Positions 1 to 10,005 of a stretch of DNA of 64,000 bases are shown here, piece after piece; the first letter of the stretch is position 1; the number at the start of each line of letters is the position of its first letter. The position numbers and the translations under genes are program-made. Under the pieces are notes generated by a model. The model made no database searches, was not told where the DNA came from, and worked only from the letters and a program-made list of their open reading frames with translations. Location: positions 25,001-89,000 of the forward strand of contig MKRX01000027.1 of the NCBI GenBank assembly GCA_001898035.1, written 5' to 3'. This DNA comes from Armatimonadetes bacterium 55-13 (lineage in GTDB: Bacteria > Armatimonadota > Fimbriimonadia > Fimbriimonadales > Fimbriimonadaceae).

Positions 1-256
1 GGCGATTCTGGTGGTGACCCTGTCTAGGCTTGCTGATGGATCCTCGATTTCATATCCTATCAACCGATTTGACGAGGACGACGACTGGCTTTTCTCATCA
101 AATCGTCGCCGTCGGTCTGGATTCTTTAACGACGACGGGTTCGGTAACTTCGGCAGTTCGAGTTCTTCGCATCACTCAAGTTCAAGTGGTTCGGGCAGTT
201 CGAATAGTTCTAGCGGGGGATTTAGTGGCGGAGGGGGGGCCAGCGGCTCATGGTAA
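1..256 (+). CDS. TPM-domain (YgcG-like) protein, C-terminal fragment; the gene starts upstream of the window
   Basis: The frame is open to the window edge. The Gly/Ser-rich C-terminus (…SSSGGFSGGGGASGSW) is typical of YgcG/TPM-family proteins. Its stop overlaps the next start (ATGGTAA). Confidence 0.45.
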   Translation, partial: AILVVTLSRLADGSSISYPINRFDEDDDWLFSSNRRRRSGFFNDDGFGNFGSSSSSHHSSSSGSGSSNSSSGGFSGGGGASGSW

Positions 257-918
257 AAGTGTATCGGACCATATCAATGGCGAAGCCGGAAATCGACGCC
301 GCTATTAAAGAGGCGGAGAAAGGAACGACCGGTGAACTGGTAGTCGCCCTCAGTCGACGAGCAGGGGATTACGGACGCCAGGAGGCAACATTTGCTTTCG
401 GCGTAGCTCTGCTGTCCTTTGTCGCTTCCTGGGTCCTGGGGCAGCGAATCCTCTTTGCCGATTGGACGGCCGCGCCCTATGTCCGTCTGGGGCTATTTGT
501 GACCTGTCTTATTCTTCTTGCCGGGTTCTTGTTCGGCTTGGGATTCTGTCGCGCGTTCCCTCGTTTTGGATTGCTTCTCGCTCCGAAAAAAAGAGTCGAC
601 AGCGAAGTCGAAGCTGCCGCCTCGGTGGCGTTTCGTCGTCTCAACATCACCGATACGAAAGCCGATACAGGCGTCTTGATCTACGTCGCAGAACTTGAGC
701 GACGAGTGGTGGTTCTTGGAGACTGTGCCATTGCGAGAAAGGTCTCGGATCAAGATTGGGAGGCGATCCGGGACGACATCCTAGAAGGCATCCGGAAGGA
801 TGATCCCAAGTCGGGATTTCTTGCCGGGATCTCCCGTGCCGGCGATCTCTTGAGAACCTATTTCCCAAGCGAAACCGACACGGAGGATGAACTCCCGAGT
901 GAGGTCCACCTCAGCTAG
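250..918 (+). CDS. TPM-domain membrane protein
   Basis: Central hydrophobic segments. The C-terminal region TGVLIYVAELERRVVVLGD resembles the TPM phosphatase-like domain core. Translationally coupled to the upstream TPM gene. Confidence 0.45.
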   Translation: MVKVYRTISMAKPEIDAAIKEAEKGTTGELVVALSRRAGDYGRQEATFAFGVALLSFVASWVLGQRILFADWTAAPYVRLGLFVTCLILLAGFLFGLGFCRAFPRFGLLLAPKKRVDSEVEAAASVAFRRLNITDTKADTGVLIYVAELERRVVVLGDCAIARKVSDQDWEAIRDDILEGIRKDDPKSGFLAGISRAGDLLRTYFPSETDTEDELPSEVHLS

Positions 919-2375
919 TTCTTAGCGCTGGCGCGCTTGATGAAGGCTCCCACGTCAGAGTGGAGCTTCTCCCGAGAAGCGGTGTCGATGTACATCATGT
1001 GTCCCGCCATGTAGTACGTCCACTCGATATTCGAGCGCGCCGCCTTAGGCAGGTCCATATGGTTGATGGTGTATTGAATGGCGTAGTACGGACACGCCAG
1101 GTCTGTGTAGCCACAACAGATCATCACTTTCATGTGGGGATTCGCGGCCAAGCAAGCTCGAAAGTCCTCGCTGGTGTCCGCATAGCCCCCGCCAAACTCC
1201 CATCCGCCGTCCGGCTTGTAAGGGAAGTACTTCACGTCGGTTTGGTAGTTCAAGTCGGTGGATAGATAGTTGTAGAGCGAAGAGACGATGGGAGGAGTGA
1301 TCGCATCGGAACTCGGATCGGTTTCCGGCCCCTCACCGGATTCGTTGGCATCGGTTCCAGTCAAACGGGAGTCCAAACGGCCAATCGTCTTGCCTTCATC
1401 GCGCAGAAGTTCCTTGTAGTAGCGATAGTCGCTAATTCGCAGGTGGCTTCGCAGCACGAACGTCTTGCTAACGCCGGTATACTCCGCCACCTTCGCCGCC
1501 ACCTTGTCCTTCTCGACATCCGTCAGCGCATCGCCTTTCGTAAGCGCCGCGGCGTATTCTCCACTGGCAAACGCTTCAGCTTCGGCCATGGACTTCTTGA
1601 AGTCTTTCATCAGTCGCGGCGAGAGCTTCTTGTGGTAGTAAGCGGTCGCGCAGTAGGTGGGCAGGTAGGTGATGTAAGGCAGGTCGTTTCCTCGTCCCGC
1701 ATCCAAGTTGCCGAAGTTAAGAGTTCCCGAAACGATGATCGCCCCGGCAAGTCCAATGCCGTTGTCGAGCAATGTCTTGGAGAGAATGCCCACTCGCATC
1801 CCGCCATAGCTTTCTCCGGCGATGAACAGCGGAGAGGACCATCGCTTGTTGCGCGTGAGATACATTCGAATGAACTCGGAGAACGCCTGGGCATCGCCGC
1901 GCACACTGTAATACTTCTTGCCGAATTCAGGCTTGGTGAGACGGCTGTAACCACAACCCGGAGCATCCACCATCACCACGTCTGCCCATTCGCACCAGGT
2001 CTCTTTATTGTCGACCAACTTGTAGGGGGCTGCTGGTAGAGAGCCATCGCCATTCAACGCCGCTCGCTTGGGTCCCAATGCTCCCATGTGGAGCCAGAGC
2101 GAAGCCGAACCCGGACCGCCGTTAAAGGCAAATATGATGGGGCGGTCGGCGCCGGCATTTTCCTTGGTGTAGCCCGCATAGAACATCCGAATTTCTTCCT
2201 CACCCTGGTTATTCCGAATCGGAAGGGTGCCGGCGGTGGCCGTATAGGAGAGACTTCCCGAGCCGAGTTGGATGGAGTGCTTGGTCTGAACATACTCAGG
2301 CAACTTGTTCAGATCTGCCTTATCTTGAGGAGCCGCTATCAAAAGTGGCAGGGTAAGGGCGGCGAAGAGATTCAT
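915..2375 (-). CDS. Peptidase S10 family serine carboxypeptidase (secreted)
   Basis: N-terminal signal peptide. Carries FNGGPGSAS, the GESYGG catalytic-serine motif and MVDAPGCGYS, all typical of S10 carboxypeptidases. Confidence 0.75.
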   Translation of the reverse strand: MNLFAALTLPLLIAAPQDKADLNKLPEYVQTKHSIQLGSGSLSYTATAGTLPIRNNQGEEEIRMFYAGYTKENAGADRPIIFAFNGGPGSASLWLHMGALGPKRAALNGDGSLPAAPYKLVDNKETWCEWADVVMVDAPGCGYSRLTKPEFGKKYYSVRGDAQAFSEFIRMYLTRNKRWSSPLFIAGESYGGMRVGILSKTLLDNGIGLAGAIIVSGTLNFGNLDAGRGNDLPYITYLPTYCATAYYHKKLSPRLMKDFKKSMAEAEAFASGEYAAALTKGDALTDVEKDKVAAKVAEYTGVSKTFVLRSHLRISDYRYYKELLRDEGKTIGRLDSRLTGTDANESGEGPETDPSSDAITPPIVSSLYNYLSTDLNYQTDVKYFPYKPDGGWEFGGGYADTSEDFRACLAANPHMKVMICCGYTDLACPYYAIQYTINHMDLPKAARSNIEWTYYMAGHMMYIDTASREKLHSDVGAFIKRASAKN

Positions 2376-2492
2376 TTCGACTCACTTTACTGCTGGAATC
2401 CATCTCGAAGTGCCGGTTGACGAGATTTTTTGAGGGACCACCGACCCATCGAAGGGTTACGCACTGGCAAATAGCGCGTCCATAATCGCGTT

Positions 2493-3461
2493 GTGACATC
2501 ACTCGCTCTTGCACTTACTTTGTGTTTGTCGCCTGCCCAAGCGGATGTGAAGGCGTTTCGAGACGCCTTTGCTCTCCGATCTGACGACGTCGCTTCCGCC
2601 AAGCCAGACGCTGGAGTGATCAAGGCGATGGACATTCTCATCGATAAACTGAGAAAGGACACCAATAACGGCTCGACGGGGGAAGATATCGAGAACATGC
2701 TCGGCCCATACTCTCGAGCCATTGCCGCCGAGGAGATTTTCCCTACCACTTACCCCAGCCTCTCGGGCGCAGTAACTCGTTTCCGGGGCAGAGTGGCCGT
2801 TTCGGTAAGAATGGGCGCGGTATCCCGAATGCGCGTCTTCGAACTCTCAAGTGGAAAAGTCGTTCCCGTTGATAAGGCTTTCGATTGGATGTACCAATAC
2901 GATGCTCAACCGAACAGCACATTCGATGGCGGAATCGTGGTGAATGCACCGGGCATTCAAGATGCAGGCGTTCGCTATGGCTATCGGGTCTACTTCCTTA
3001 AGCCGAGCGCGGGCAAATACATCACGACCAAGAGGTTCGACGGCGTGTGGGTGCTGGAAGATGAGTCCAACTCCCACTTCAGTCAACCGGGCGCTGAAGT
3101 CGTTTTGCACACGCTTGACGTGCCTCTAAGCTATTTCACTTCCAGTCCTGAAAAGCTCTTTATCAGAAAGGTCACGTACAGCGTCCGCTTGGGAACCCCG
3201 ACTCTGGTGAGCGAACAAAAAGAACAACCCTCCATGCGCGCTCTCGATGCGTGGATGGCCAAGGCCATGAAGAACCCTCAAACGACGCTGGAAAAATCGT
3301 TCAAGAAGGCCTATGGAACTGAGCGCCAGATGTTAGAAGGTTGGTCCTCTAAGAAGGACGGCGCCAATGAAAAGATCACGCTGAATCTGGAGGAAAAGTT
3401 TGTCTTCACGATCAGGAAACAGGGGAGTTCCTACTCCGTCTTAAGTTTCGCCAAAAACTGA
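2493..3461 (+). CDS. Hypothetical secreted protein (GTG start)
   Basis: Long ORF with a signal-peptide-like N-terminus (TSLALALTLCLSPAQA). No recognisable domain. Confidence 0.5.
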   Translation: MTSLALALTLCLSPAQADVKAFRDAFALRSDDVASAKPDAGVIKAMDILIDKLRKDTNNGSTGEDIENMLGPYSRAIAAEEIFPTTYPSLSGAVTRFRGRVAVSVRMGAVSRMRVFELSSGKVVPVDKAFDWMYQYDAQPNSTFDGGIVVNAPGIQDAGVRYGYRVYFLKPSAGKYITTKRFDGVWVLEDESNSHFSQPGAEVVLHTLDVPLSYFTSSPEKLFIRKVTYSVRLGTPTLVSEQKEQPSMRALDAWMAKAMKNPQTTLEKSFKKAYGTERQMLEGWSSKKDGANEKITLNLEEKFVFTIRKQGSSYSVLSFAKN

Positions 3462-3462
3462 A

Positions 3463-4035
3463 ATGCGTATTTCTTTCACCTCGATCCTTATCCTGCTTGC
3501 CGCCTCGTTGCTGGCCCAACAAAACCCCATGCCAATGGGAATGCTAAACGGGAAGGCTTCCGTGGCGATGCGGGGCGAGGTGAAAGGAGAACTCCAACTC
3601 ACTCCCGAACAGCAAACCCGAAGCCAGCGAGAAGTGGACGCGATTGGGTCTGTTCCCGTCGCAGAGTCCGCGTCCGGAATGCTTGGTCCCCTGGAGCGTT
3701 TGGACGCCAACATCAAACCCATCCTAAGCGACGATCAGTGGAAGCGATTAACAGAATTGTGGATTCAATTTGAAGGGCCATTCGTTCTCCAAAGTCCGGA
3801 AATTGCCGACGCACTGAAACTCGATGACGAAGTTCGAAAAAAAATTTCTGACACTTCGATGAAATACACCGCCTGGTGGCGAAAGGAAATCGCGAAAGTT
3901 CGAAAATCGGCTGATTTGGGGCGAATTCGAGGTGAAGCGCGAAAGGTGAGTGGAAAGCTCCTCGGCTTTCTCAACAAGGCGCAAAGAGAGCAATTTTCGA
4001 AGATGGAGGGCCAGAAGTTCCGGTTCCAGACCTGA
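3463..4035 (+). CDS. Hypothetical secreted protein
   Basis: Signal peptide MRISFTSILILLAASLLAQ. Lys/Glu-rich, probably helical. Lies 1 nt after the previous gene. Confidence 0.45.
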   Translation: MRISFTSILILLAASLLAQQNPMPMGMLNGKASVAMRGEVKGELQLTPEQQTRSQREVDAIGSVPVAESASGMLGPLERLDANIKPILSDDQWKRLTELWIQFEGPFVLQSPEIADALKLDDEVRKKISDTSMKYTAWWRKEIAKVRKSADLGRIRGEARKVSGKLLGFLNKAQREQFSKMEGQKFRFQT

Positions 4036-4060
4036 GAACGTGTCAGAATAAGATTTTGGA

Positions 4061-5773
4061 ATGAAGCCCACCGTCCTCGTCCTTGGCTCCGGTCCGATCC
4101 GCATCGGCCAAGGAATCGAGTTTGACTACTCCTGTGTTCACTGTGTGTGGGCCCTTGAGAAGCTCGGTTACCGCGCGATCATCGTCAACAACAACCCCGA
4201 AACGGTCTCTACCGATTTCGATACCGGCGACGGACTCTACTTCGAGCCGGTCACGCTGGAAGACGTTCTCGACGTAATCTCTCACGAAAAGCCCATCGGC
4301 GTCGTCTGCCAGTTTGGTGGCCAAACCGCCATCAACTTGGCTGAGGGACTGAAGCAAAACGACATTCAAGTTCTCGGCACCTCGCCGGAGGCCATCGCGA
4401 TGGCCGAAGATCGAAAGCAGTTCGATGAACTGCTGGAGTCGCTCAATATCCCTCGCCCTCGTGGTAAAGCGGTTCGGTCCGTAGAGGAAGCGGCGAAAGT
4501 CGCCCAAGAAGTCGGATATCCGGTCCTCGTCCGCCCAAGTTTTGTTCTCGGCGGACGTGCCATGGAGATCGTCTTCTCAGAAGAGCATCTGCACCGTTTC
4601 TATGGGGAGGCTGAAGATGCCAATCCCGGCCAGCCGGTTCTTGTTGACAAGTATCTGCTTGGCAAAGAAGCGGAGGTAGATGTCATCTCCGATGGCGAAG
4701 AGACTCTTGTCCCCGGAATCATGGAGCATATCGAGCGCGCTGGCGTTCACAGTGGCGACTCGATGGCCGTCTATCCTCCGGTTTCGCTCAGCGTAGATGT
4801 TCAAGCGCAAATGGTCACCAGCGCCTGCAAAATCGCCAGGGCGCTCGGAGTGAAGGGTCTGATGAACATTCAGTTCGTCATTCAAGACGAGATCGCTTAC
4901 GTCCTTGAAGTCAATCCACGGGCTTCGCGCACCGTGCCCTACCTCAGCAAGGTAACGGGAATCCCGATGGTTGACCTGGCTACTCGCTGCATGATGGGGG
5001 AAAAGCTGCGAGACCTGGGCTACGCCAGCGGGCTGTGGGAACTGGTTCCTTTGCCGAAGAAGGGAGCGAGTGAGCCTTGTGGACTTGCCGAAGTGGCCGA
5101 ACAATTTGGTCTCATTGAATCCGTGAAGTCTCACGCTCCCGGAACGATCATCCCCGAGTCCGCTTTTGTGGAAGGCGCTCCAAATCTGGCCAAGCCCCTG
5201 CTTTACGCGGTGAAAGCTCCGGTGTTCAGCTTCCAGAAGCTCGGCCGAGTCGAACCCAGCTTGGGGCCGGAAATGAAATCCACCGGAGAGATTCTGGGTA
5301 TCGACCGCACCTACGAAGCGGCTCTCTACAAAGCGATGGTCGCGAGCGGAATCCACTTCAAAGGCGATGGCTTTGTTCTGATCACCGTTAGGGATGAGGA
5401 CAAGGCAACGGCCTTGGAGATCGCCAAGAGTCTGCACGCCGCCGGTCGGAAGATTGCCGCCACGCCAGGAACCTCCAAGTGCCTGCACGACGCCGGAATC
5501 CCTTGCCACACCGTCAACAAGATCCAAGCCGGATCGCCCAACATCCTTGATCTCATTCTTGAGAACAAGGTGAGCCTGATGGTGAACACGCCATCGCTGA
5601 CGGAGACAAGCGAAAGCGAAGCGGCCCGAATTCGACGCGGTTGCATTGAGACCGGTATCCCGTGTGTCACCTCGATCGACACCGCCGCCGCTCTCATCCG
5701 GGCCCTTGAGGTCTTCTCCGACCCAACCCAATCGAGTTGCTTGCGACTCGAAGAGTATTTCACTCCCGCCTAG
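4061..5773 (+). CDS. carB: Carbamoyl-phosphate synthase large subunit, C-terminal half (second ATP-grasp domain plus MGS-like domain); split carB
   Basis: The protein begins MKPTVLVLGSGPIRIGQGIEFDYSCVHC, which matches the start of the second CPSase ATP-grasp repeat (E. coli CarB ~residue 553). MGS-like allosteric domain at the C-terminus. At 570 aa it is about half of a full CarB. Confidence 0.85.
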   Translation: MKPTVLVLGSGPIRIGQGIEFDYSCVHCVWALEKLGYRAIIVNNNPETVSTDFDTGDGLYFEPVTLEDVLDVISHEKPIGVVCQFGGQTAINLAEGLKQNDIQVLGTSPEAIAMAEDRKQFDELLESLNIPRPRGKAVRSVEEAAKVAQEVGYPVLVRPSFVLGGRAMEIVFSEEHLHRFYGEAEDANPGQPVLVDKYLLGKEAEVDVISDGEETLVPGIMEHIERAGVHSGDSMAVYPPVSLSVDVQAQMVTSACKIARALGVKGLMNIQFVIQDEIAYVLEVNPRASRTVPYLSKVTGIPMVDLATRCMMGEKLRDLGYASGLWELVPLPKKGASEPCGLAEVAEQFGLIESVKSHAPGTIIPESAFVEGAPNLAKPLLYAVKAPVFSFQKLGRVEPSLGPEMKSTGEILGIDRTYEAALYKAMVASGIHFKGDGFVLITVRDEDKATALEIAKSLHAAGRKIAATPGTSKCLHDAGIPCHTVNKIQAGSPNILDLILENKVSLMVNTPSLTETSESEAARIRRGCIETGIPCVTSIDTAAALIRALEVFSDPTQSSCLRLEEYFTPA

Positions 5774-5956
5774 GTGGCGGGGGTGAACCCGTTTTCTACC
5801 TTGCCTCACCGTCGAACCTTTCCGGCACAAATGCGTGGCAGGATGGAATCCGAAACTCAGGTTCGTATCGACTCTAGATGCCGTCTCGTTTAGGACCTGC
5901 CACAAGTAGGTACAATTTTGCGTATCAAAACGGGGCGCCTAAGCCCATTCACCGTC

Positions 5957-7255
5957 ATGCAAGTAACCCGCGAAGATTTGAACCCCTGTACCGTTAAGTT
6001 GACCGTCGTTTGTGATGCGGAGCAGGTGAAGGAAGGCTACGACAAAGCCCTCAAGCAGATTTCTAAGTCCGTCAAGCTCCCCGGCTTCCGCCCTGGCCAC
6101 GTACCGAAGCATATGATCGAAAAGATGGTCGATCCGGGCCAGTGGAATGAGGAAGCGGCGGAGAACATTGTCCGTAAGGCGTATAAGCAAGCCATCGAGC
6201 AAGAGAGCCTGACTCCCGACCCCGGAACTTCTCCGTCCGTCGAGTTGGTCAAGCTTGAGCAGGAAGAGGGCGTTTGCGAATTCAGCGCCAAGGTTCCGCT
6301 TCCCCCCGTCGTCGAACTCGGCGACTACAAGGGCCTTCCCGTGGAGCGACCCGCCGCTGAAGTTAGCGACGAAGAGATCGAGTACCAGATCGAAGAGCTT
6401 CGAAAGCAGCGCCAGACCCGAGACGCCGTGACCGACCGAGGCGCCCAGGAAGGCGACGTTGCCGTTGTAAACATCAAGCTCGACGGGGAAGAGGGCGAAG
6501 GCCGAAACTTCATGACCGTCGTCGGCAAGACCTTCCCGCAGCTCGACCAAGCCCTGAGCGGCATGAAGGTCGAGGAGATGAAGCACCTGGACCTCACTTT
6601 CCCGGATAACTTCCAGGAGAAGGACTGGGCGGGTAAGCCGTACAAGTGTCTTGTCTCGCTCAACTCCATTAGCGCCGTAAAGCTCCCCGACGTGGACGAT
6701 GAGTTTGCTCAGAGCCTCAAGACCGACAACTTGGACGATCTCAAGGGCAAACTGCGAGAGGGCATCCTTCGCGCCAAGAACGACATGGTTCGAGAAATGC
6801 TCACCGAGCAACTTTTGGAGCGTCTTCACGAGCGCAGCAAGGTGGAAGTCTCCGACAATATGTGGGAGCAACTCGCCAACCGACGTATCTACGAAACTCA
6901 GCAGGAAGTTCAGGAACAGGGCAAGACTATGGAGCAGCATGCCGCCGAAAACGGCATGACGGTGGATGGCCTTGTCGAGGCTTGGCGGGAGAAGGCAAAG
7001 ACCCACGTTATCCGAGCCCTCATGATCCGCACCGTTTTTGAAACGGAGAAGATGCAGATCACCAACGAAGACCTCAATCGAGAGCTTTTCGCGATGGCAT
7101 CCGAATTTGGCGTCGAACCGGCCCAGATGCTTGAAATGCTGAAGAACAATAATGCGTTAGAAGAAGTGCATTACCGAGGAATTTCTCGGAAAGTATCGGA
7201 GTTCTTGCTTCAGAATGCCGATATCAAGGAAGTCGCACTCGCGGGTTCAGCATAG
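5957..7255 (+). CDS. tig: Trigger factor
   Basis: N-terminal MQVTREDLNPCTVKL…GFRPGHVPK ribosome-binding motif. About 433 aa. Conserved tig-clpP-clpX synteny. Confidence 0.85.
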   Translation: MQVTREDLNPCTVKLTVVCDAEQVKEGYDKALKQISKSVKLPGFRPGHVPKHMIEKMVDPGQWNEEAAENIVRKAYKQAIEQESLTPDPGTSPSVELVKLEQEEGVCEFSAKVPLPPVVELGDYKGLPVERPAAEVSDEEIEYQIEELRKQRQTRDAVTDRGAQEGDVAVVNIKLDGEEGEGRNFMTVVGKTFPQLDQALSGMKVEEMKHLDLTFPDNFQEKDWAGKPYKCLVSLNSISAVKLPDVDDEFAQSLKTDNLDDLKGKLREGILRAKNDMVREMLTEQLLERLHERSKVEVSDNMWEQLANRRIYETQQEVQEQGKTMEQHAAENGMTVDGLVEAWREKAKTHVIRALMIRTVFETEKMQITNEDLNRELFAMASEFGVEPAQMLEMLKNNNALEEVHYRGISRKVSEFLLQNADIKEVALAGSA

Positions 7256-7313
7256 TCTGAACCCCCGCGCGCGGCGGTAGAACAAAAAAACTGGGCCACA
7301 GCAGGAGGAATTA

Positions 7314-7898
7314 GTGGGCATACCTTATGTAATCGAGCAGACGTCGCGCGGAGAGAGAAGCTACGACCTTTGGTCGCGTCTTCTCAAAGACCGCATTGTT
7401 TACCTTGGAACCGAGGTGGACGATTACTATGCCAACCTGATCGTCGCCCAGCTTCTTTTCTTGGAAAAAGAAGATCCCGATAAGGACATCGAACTGTACA
7501 TCAACTCTCCCGGAGGCTCTGTCTACGCGGGATTGGCGATCTACGACACGATGCAAATTATCAAGCCGGATGTTGCAACCACTTGCGTCGGCATCGCTGC
7601 CTCCATGGGCGCGGTCCTTCTCGCTGGCGGTGCAAAGGGCAAAAGATCGGCATTAAAGCATGCTCGCGTCATGATCCATCAGGTTTCTAGTGGGTTTCGC
7701 GGAACAGCCGCCGATATTAATGTTCAGGTGGCGGAGACAAACAAATTAATGGACACGCTCATGGGCCTTCTCGCCAATGACACCGGCCAGCCGGAAGAGA
7801 AAGTGAGAAAGGACTGTGATCGAGACCATTGGATGTCATCCGAGGAATCTGCTTCGTACGGACTCATCGACCGAGTGGTCGAACCTGGCGTACGATAA
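7314..7898 (+). CDS. clpP: ATP-dependent Clp protease proteolytic subunit
   Basis: GTG start preceded by an AGGAGG RBS. Motifs [11 protein letters not shown] and MIHQ. 194 aa. Confidence 0.9.
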   Translation: MGIPYVIEQTSRGERSYDLWSRLLKDRIVYLGTEVDDYYANLIVAQLLFLEKEDPDKDIELYINSPGGSVYAGLAIYDTMQIIKPDVATTCVGIAASMGAVLLAGGAKGKRSALKHARVMIHQVSSGFRGTAADINVQVAETNKLMDTLMGLLANDTGQPEEKVRKDCDRDHWMSSEESASYGLIDRVVEPGVR

Positions 7899-7922
7899 AG
7901 GCAGCGAACCACTGGAGTGTGA

Positions 7923-9233
7923 ATGGCTAAATCCTTGGAACGACGAGATCAATGCTGTTTGTGCGGGAAGACGAAGGAGCAAGTTAAAAAGCTCATCGTC
8001 GGCCTGCACGGCGCAGTCTGTTCGGACTGCATCGACCTGTGCAACGACATCTTGCACAACGATCCGGAGAAGAAGGACGGCGCGGCAGGTGCGGCTCAAG
8101 CCCTCGTGCGTCCTCCGGCAGCTCAGGCCTCTCCGGCGGCAACGAAGGTGCCAAAGCCGGCAGAAATCGTCCGGCACCTCGATAACTATGTAGTTGGCCA
8201 GACCCATGCCAAGAAAGCCTTGGCCGTCGCGGTATATAACCACTACAAGCGCATTCAGGATCGACCTTTCAAAGAGGACGACGTCGAACTGCAAAAGAGC
8301 AATATCCTCATGGTCGGTCCTACCGGCTCCGGAAAGACGCTTTTGGCCCAGACGCTCGCCCGAATGCTCAACGTCCCCTTCGCCATTGCCGACGCAACCG
8401 CTCTGACGGAAGCCGGTTATGTGGGTGAGGACGTTGAGAACATTCTCCTCAAGCTTTGGCAATCCGCCGAAGCGATCGATCCTCGAGATCCGAAGCGTGC
8501 GTGTGAGCGCGGCATCATCTACGTCGACGAAATCGACAAGATCGCCCGAAAGAGCGACAACCCCTCGATTACTCGCGACGTGAGCGGCGAAGGCGTTCAG
8601 CAGGCCCTTCTCAAGATTCTGGAAGGAACCACTGCGAACGTTCCCCCGCAAGGTGGACGCAAGCACCCGCAGCAGGAATACCTGCAAATCGATACGTCCC
8701 ACGTTCTCTTCATCTGCGGCGGCGCCTTCGAAGGTATCGAAGACATGATCCGCCGACGCATGAAGGAGAATGTCATTGGATTCCGAGCCAACCCGCAGTC
8801 TAAGCAGGAGCGCGATGAAAACATCATTCGCCACCTCTTGCCAGAAGACTTGCTCAAGTTCGGCCTGATCCCCGAGTTCATCGGACGACTGCCTGTACTC
8901 GCTACCCTCGACCAGCTGGATGAAGACGCCCTCGTCAGCATCCTCTGCGAGCCGAAGAACGCGATTCTCAAGCAGTACGCCAAGTTCTTTGAATTGGATG
9001 ACGTAGAGCTGATTGTCGAGCCAGGAGCGATGAAGGAAATCGCCCGCGAAGCCCTCAAGCGAAAGACTGGCGCTCGTGCGCTGCGCGCCATCATCGAGCA
9101 GCTCATGATGGACGTCATGTACGAAGTGCCCACCGCCGAAGGCGTTCGCCGCGTCCTCGTTCCCGCCGGAATCTTGGAACGGGGCTTGGACCCAATCCTG
9201 ATGACGGAAGAAGAGATCCGACGCGCTTCCTAA
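7923..9233 (+). CDS. clpX: ATP-dependent Clp protease ATP-binding subunit ClpX
   Basis: N-terminal C4 zinc finger (CCLCGK…CSDC). Walker A GPTGSGKT. ClpX-type AAA+ core. Confidence 0.9.
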   Translation: MAKSLERRDQCCLCGKTKEQVKKLIVGLHGAVCSDCIDLCNDILHNDPEKKDGAAGAAQALVRPPAAQASPAATKVPKPAEIVRHLDNYVVGQTHAKKALAVAVYNHYKRIQDRPFKEDDVELQKSNILMVGPTGSGKTLLAQTLARMLNVPFAIADATALTEAGYVGEDVENILLKLWQSAEAIDPRDPKRACERGIIYVDEIDKIARKSDNPSITRDVSGEGVQQALLKILEGTTANVPPQGGRKHPQQEYLQIDTSHVLFICGGAFEGIEDMIRRRMKENVIGFRANPQSKQERDENIIRHLLPEDLLKFGLIPEFIGRLPVLATLDQLDEDALVSILCEPKNAILKQYAKFFELDDVELIVEPGAMKEIAREALKRKTGARALRAIIEQLMMDVMYEVPTAEGVRRVLVPAGILERGLDPILMTEEEIRRAS

Positions 9234-9245
9234 GCCACCCCTTGC

Positions 9246-9282
9246 AAAGGCGCTCTCCTTTACAGGAGAGCGCCTTTTTTTG
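9246..9282 (+). terminator. Rho-independent terminator after clpX
   Basis: Perfect GC-rich hairpin (aaaggcgctctcc / ggagagcgccttt) followed by TTTTTTT. Confidence 0.8.
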
Positions 9283-9496
9283 TTGCCAAATTCGAACCTA
9301 AGTCCTCGTAAATTGCGCCTGAACTAGCTGGATTCTAACTCAATAAAATTGCCAGGCTGGCAATTATTCTATCGGTACCTCGACCGGCTGGTACCCCTGC
9401 CGGTTTGTAAAAGCCTTGCGGTAATTACCGGGCAAATACCCTTTTCCAAGCGGAAAGAAAGGGGTGGAGGTAGGGAGTTAACAACCCTATGTGTGA

Positions 9497-9886
9497 ATGT
9501 ATTTAGTATCAGTTCAAGAGGAACGCGCAATCGTCGAAGCTAGCCTGGGTGGGCGAGTCGACTCGCTGGAAATGCGAGCATTTTCGGAGGATCTCCAGGA
9601 AGTTCTGGAGTCGCTGGGCGCCAGCGGCTTCTATCTGTTGATCGACCATTCTAAGGCTAAGTCCCTGGATATTGAGTCGGCCAAAATTTTGTCCGATCTG
9701 AAAGACCTGGCGTTCCAATATGGCGCCGAAAAGATCGTAACGTTGGCGAGCGACGAGGATGAAATCGCCAAGCACACGACGTCGAGGCTGCAGCAGGTTC
9801 TTGAAGGTCGAGAAGAGTTTTGCCTCGATTTGCCGGAGATTCAGTATCCGGTTTGGCAGCGCCAAGCAATCCTTCGGGCCGCTTAA
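9497..9886 (+). CDS. Hypothetical protein, possibly with a STAS/SpoIIAA-like fold
   Basis: 129-aa ORF. The pattern of alternating hydrophobic residues with acidic stretches resembles anti-sigma-antagonist-like domains. No strong motif. Confidence 0.3.
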   Translation: MYLVSVQEERAIVEASLGGRVDSLEMRAFSEDLQEVLESLGASGFYLLIDHSKAKSLDIESAKILSDLKDLAFQYGAEKIVTLASDEDEIAKHTTSRLQQVLEGREEFCLDLPEIQYPVWQRQAILRAA

Positions 9887-10005
9887 GCGCGACGTAAAGC
9901 GAACAACGCAGTTCGTCTTTTCTACGGAAGGCGGGCGGGCAGCTCACGGCGTATATCCGGACGCCGGTCGGGTTGCCCGCCCGCTCCGTGTTTACCAGGT
10001 TGCGG

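Noticed and set aside
120-240. Ser/Gly-rich low-complexity DNA near the window start as a possible tandem repeat
   Set aside because: It lies within an open reading frame and encodes the characteristic Gly/Ser tail of a YgcG/TPM protein.
4577-5905. 442-aa ORF on the minus strand inside carB
   Set aside because: Antisense shadow ORF typical of high-GC DNA. Low-complexity Arg/Gly/Ala-rich translation with no domain. The sense-strand carB assignment is unambiguous.
5939-7006. 355-aa minus-strand ORF inside tig
   Set aside because: Antisense to a confidently identified trigger factor gene. No motifs.
7836-8834. 332-aa minus-strand ORF inside clpX
   Set aside because: Shadow ORF opposite clpX.
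9349-9543. 64-aa ORF in the clpX downstream spacer
   Set aside because: No RBS. It overlaps predicted hairpins, and its composition is unlike neighbouring genes. The region is treated as non-coding and structured instead.
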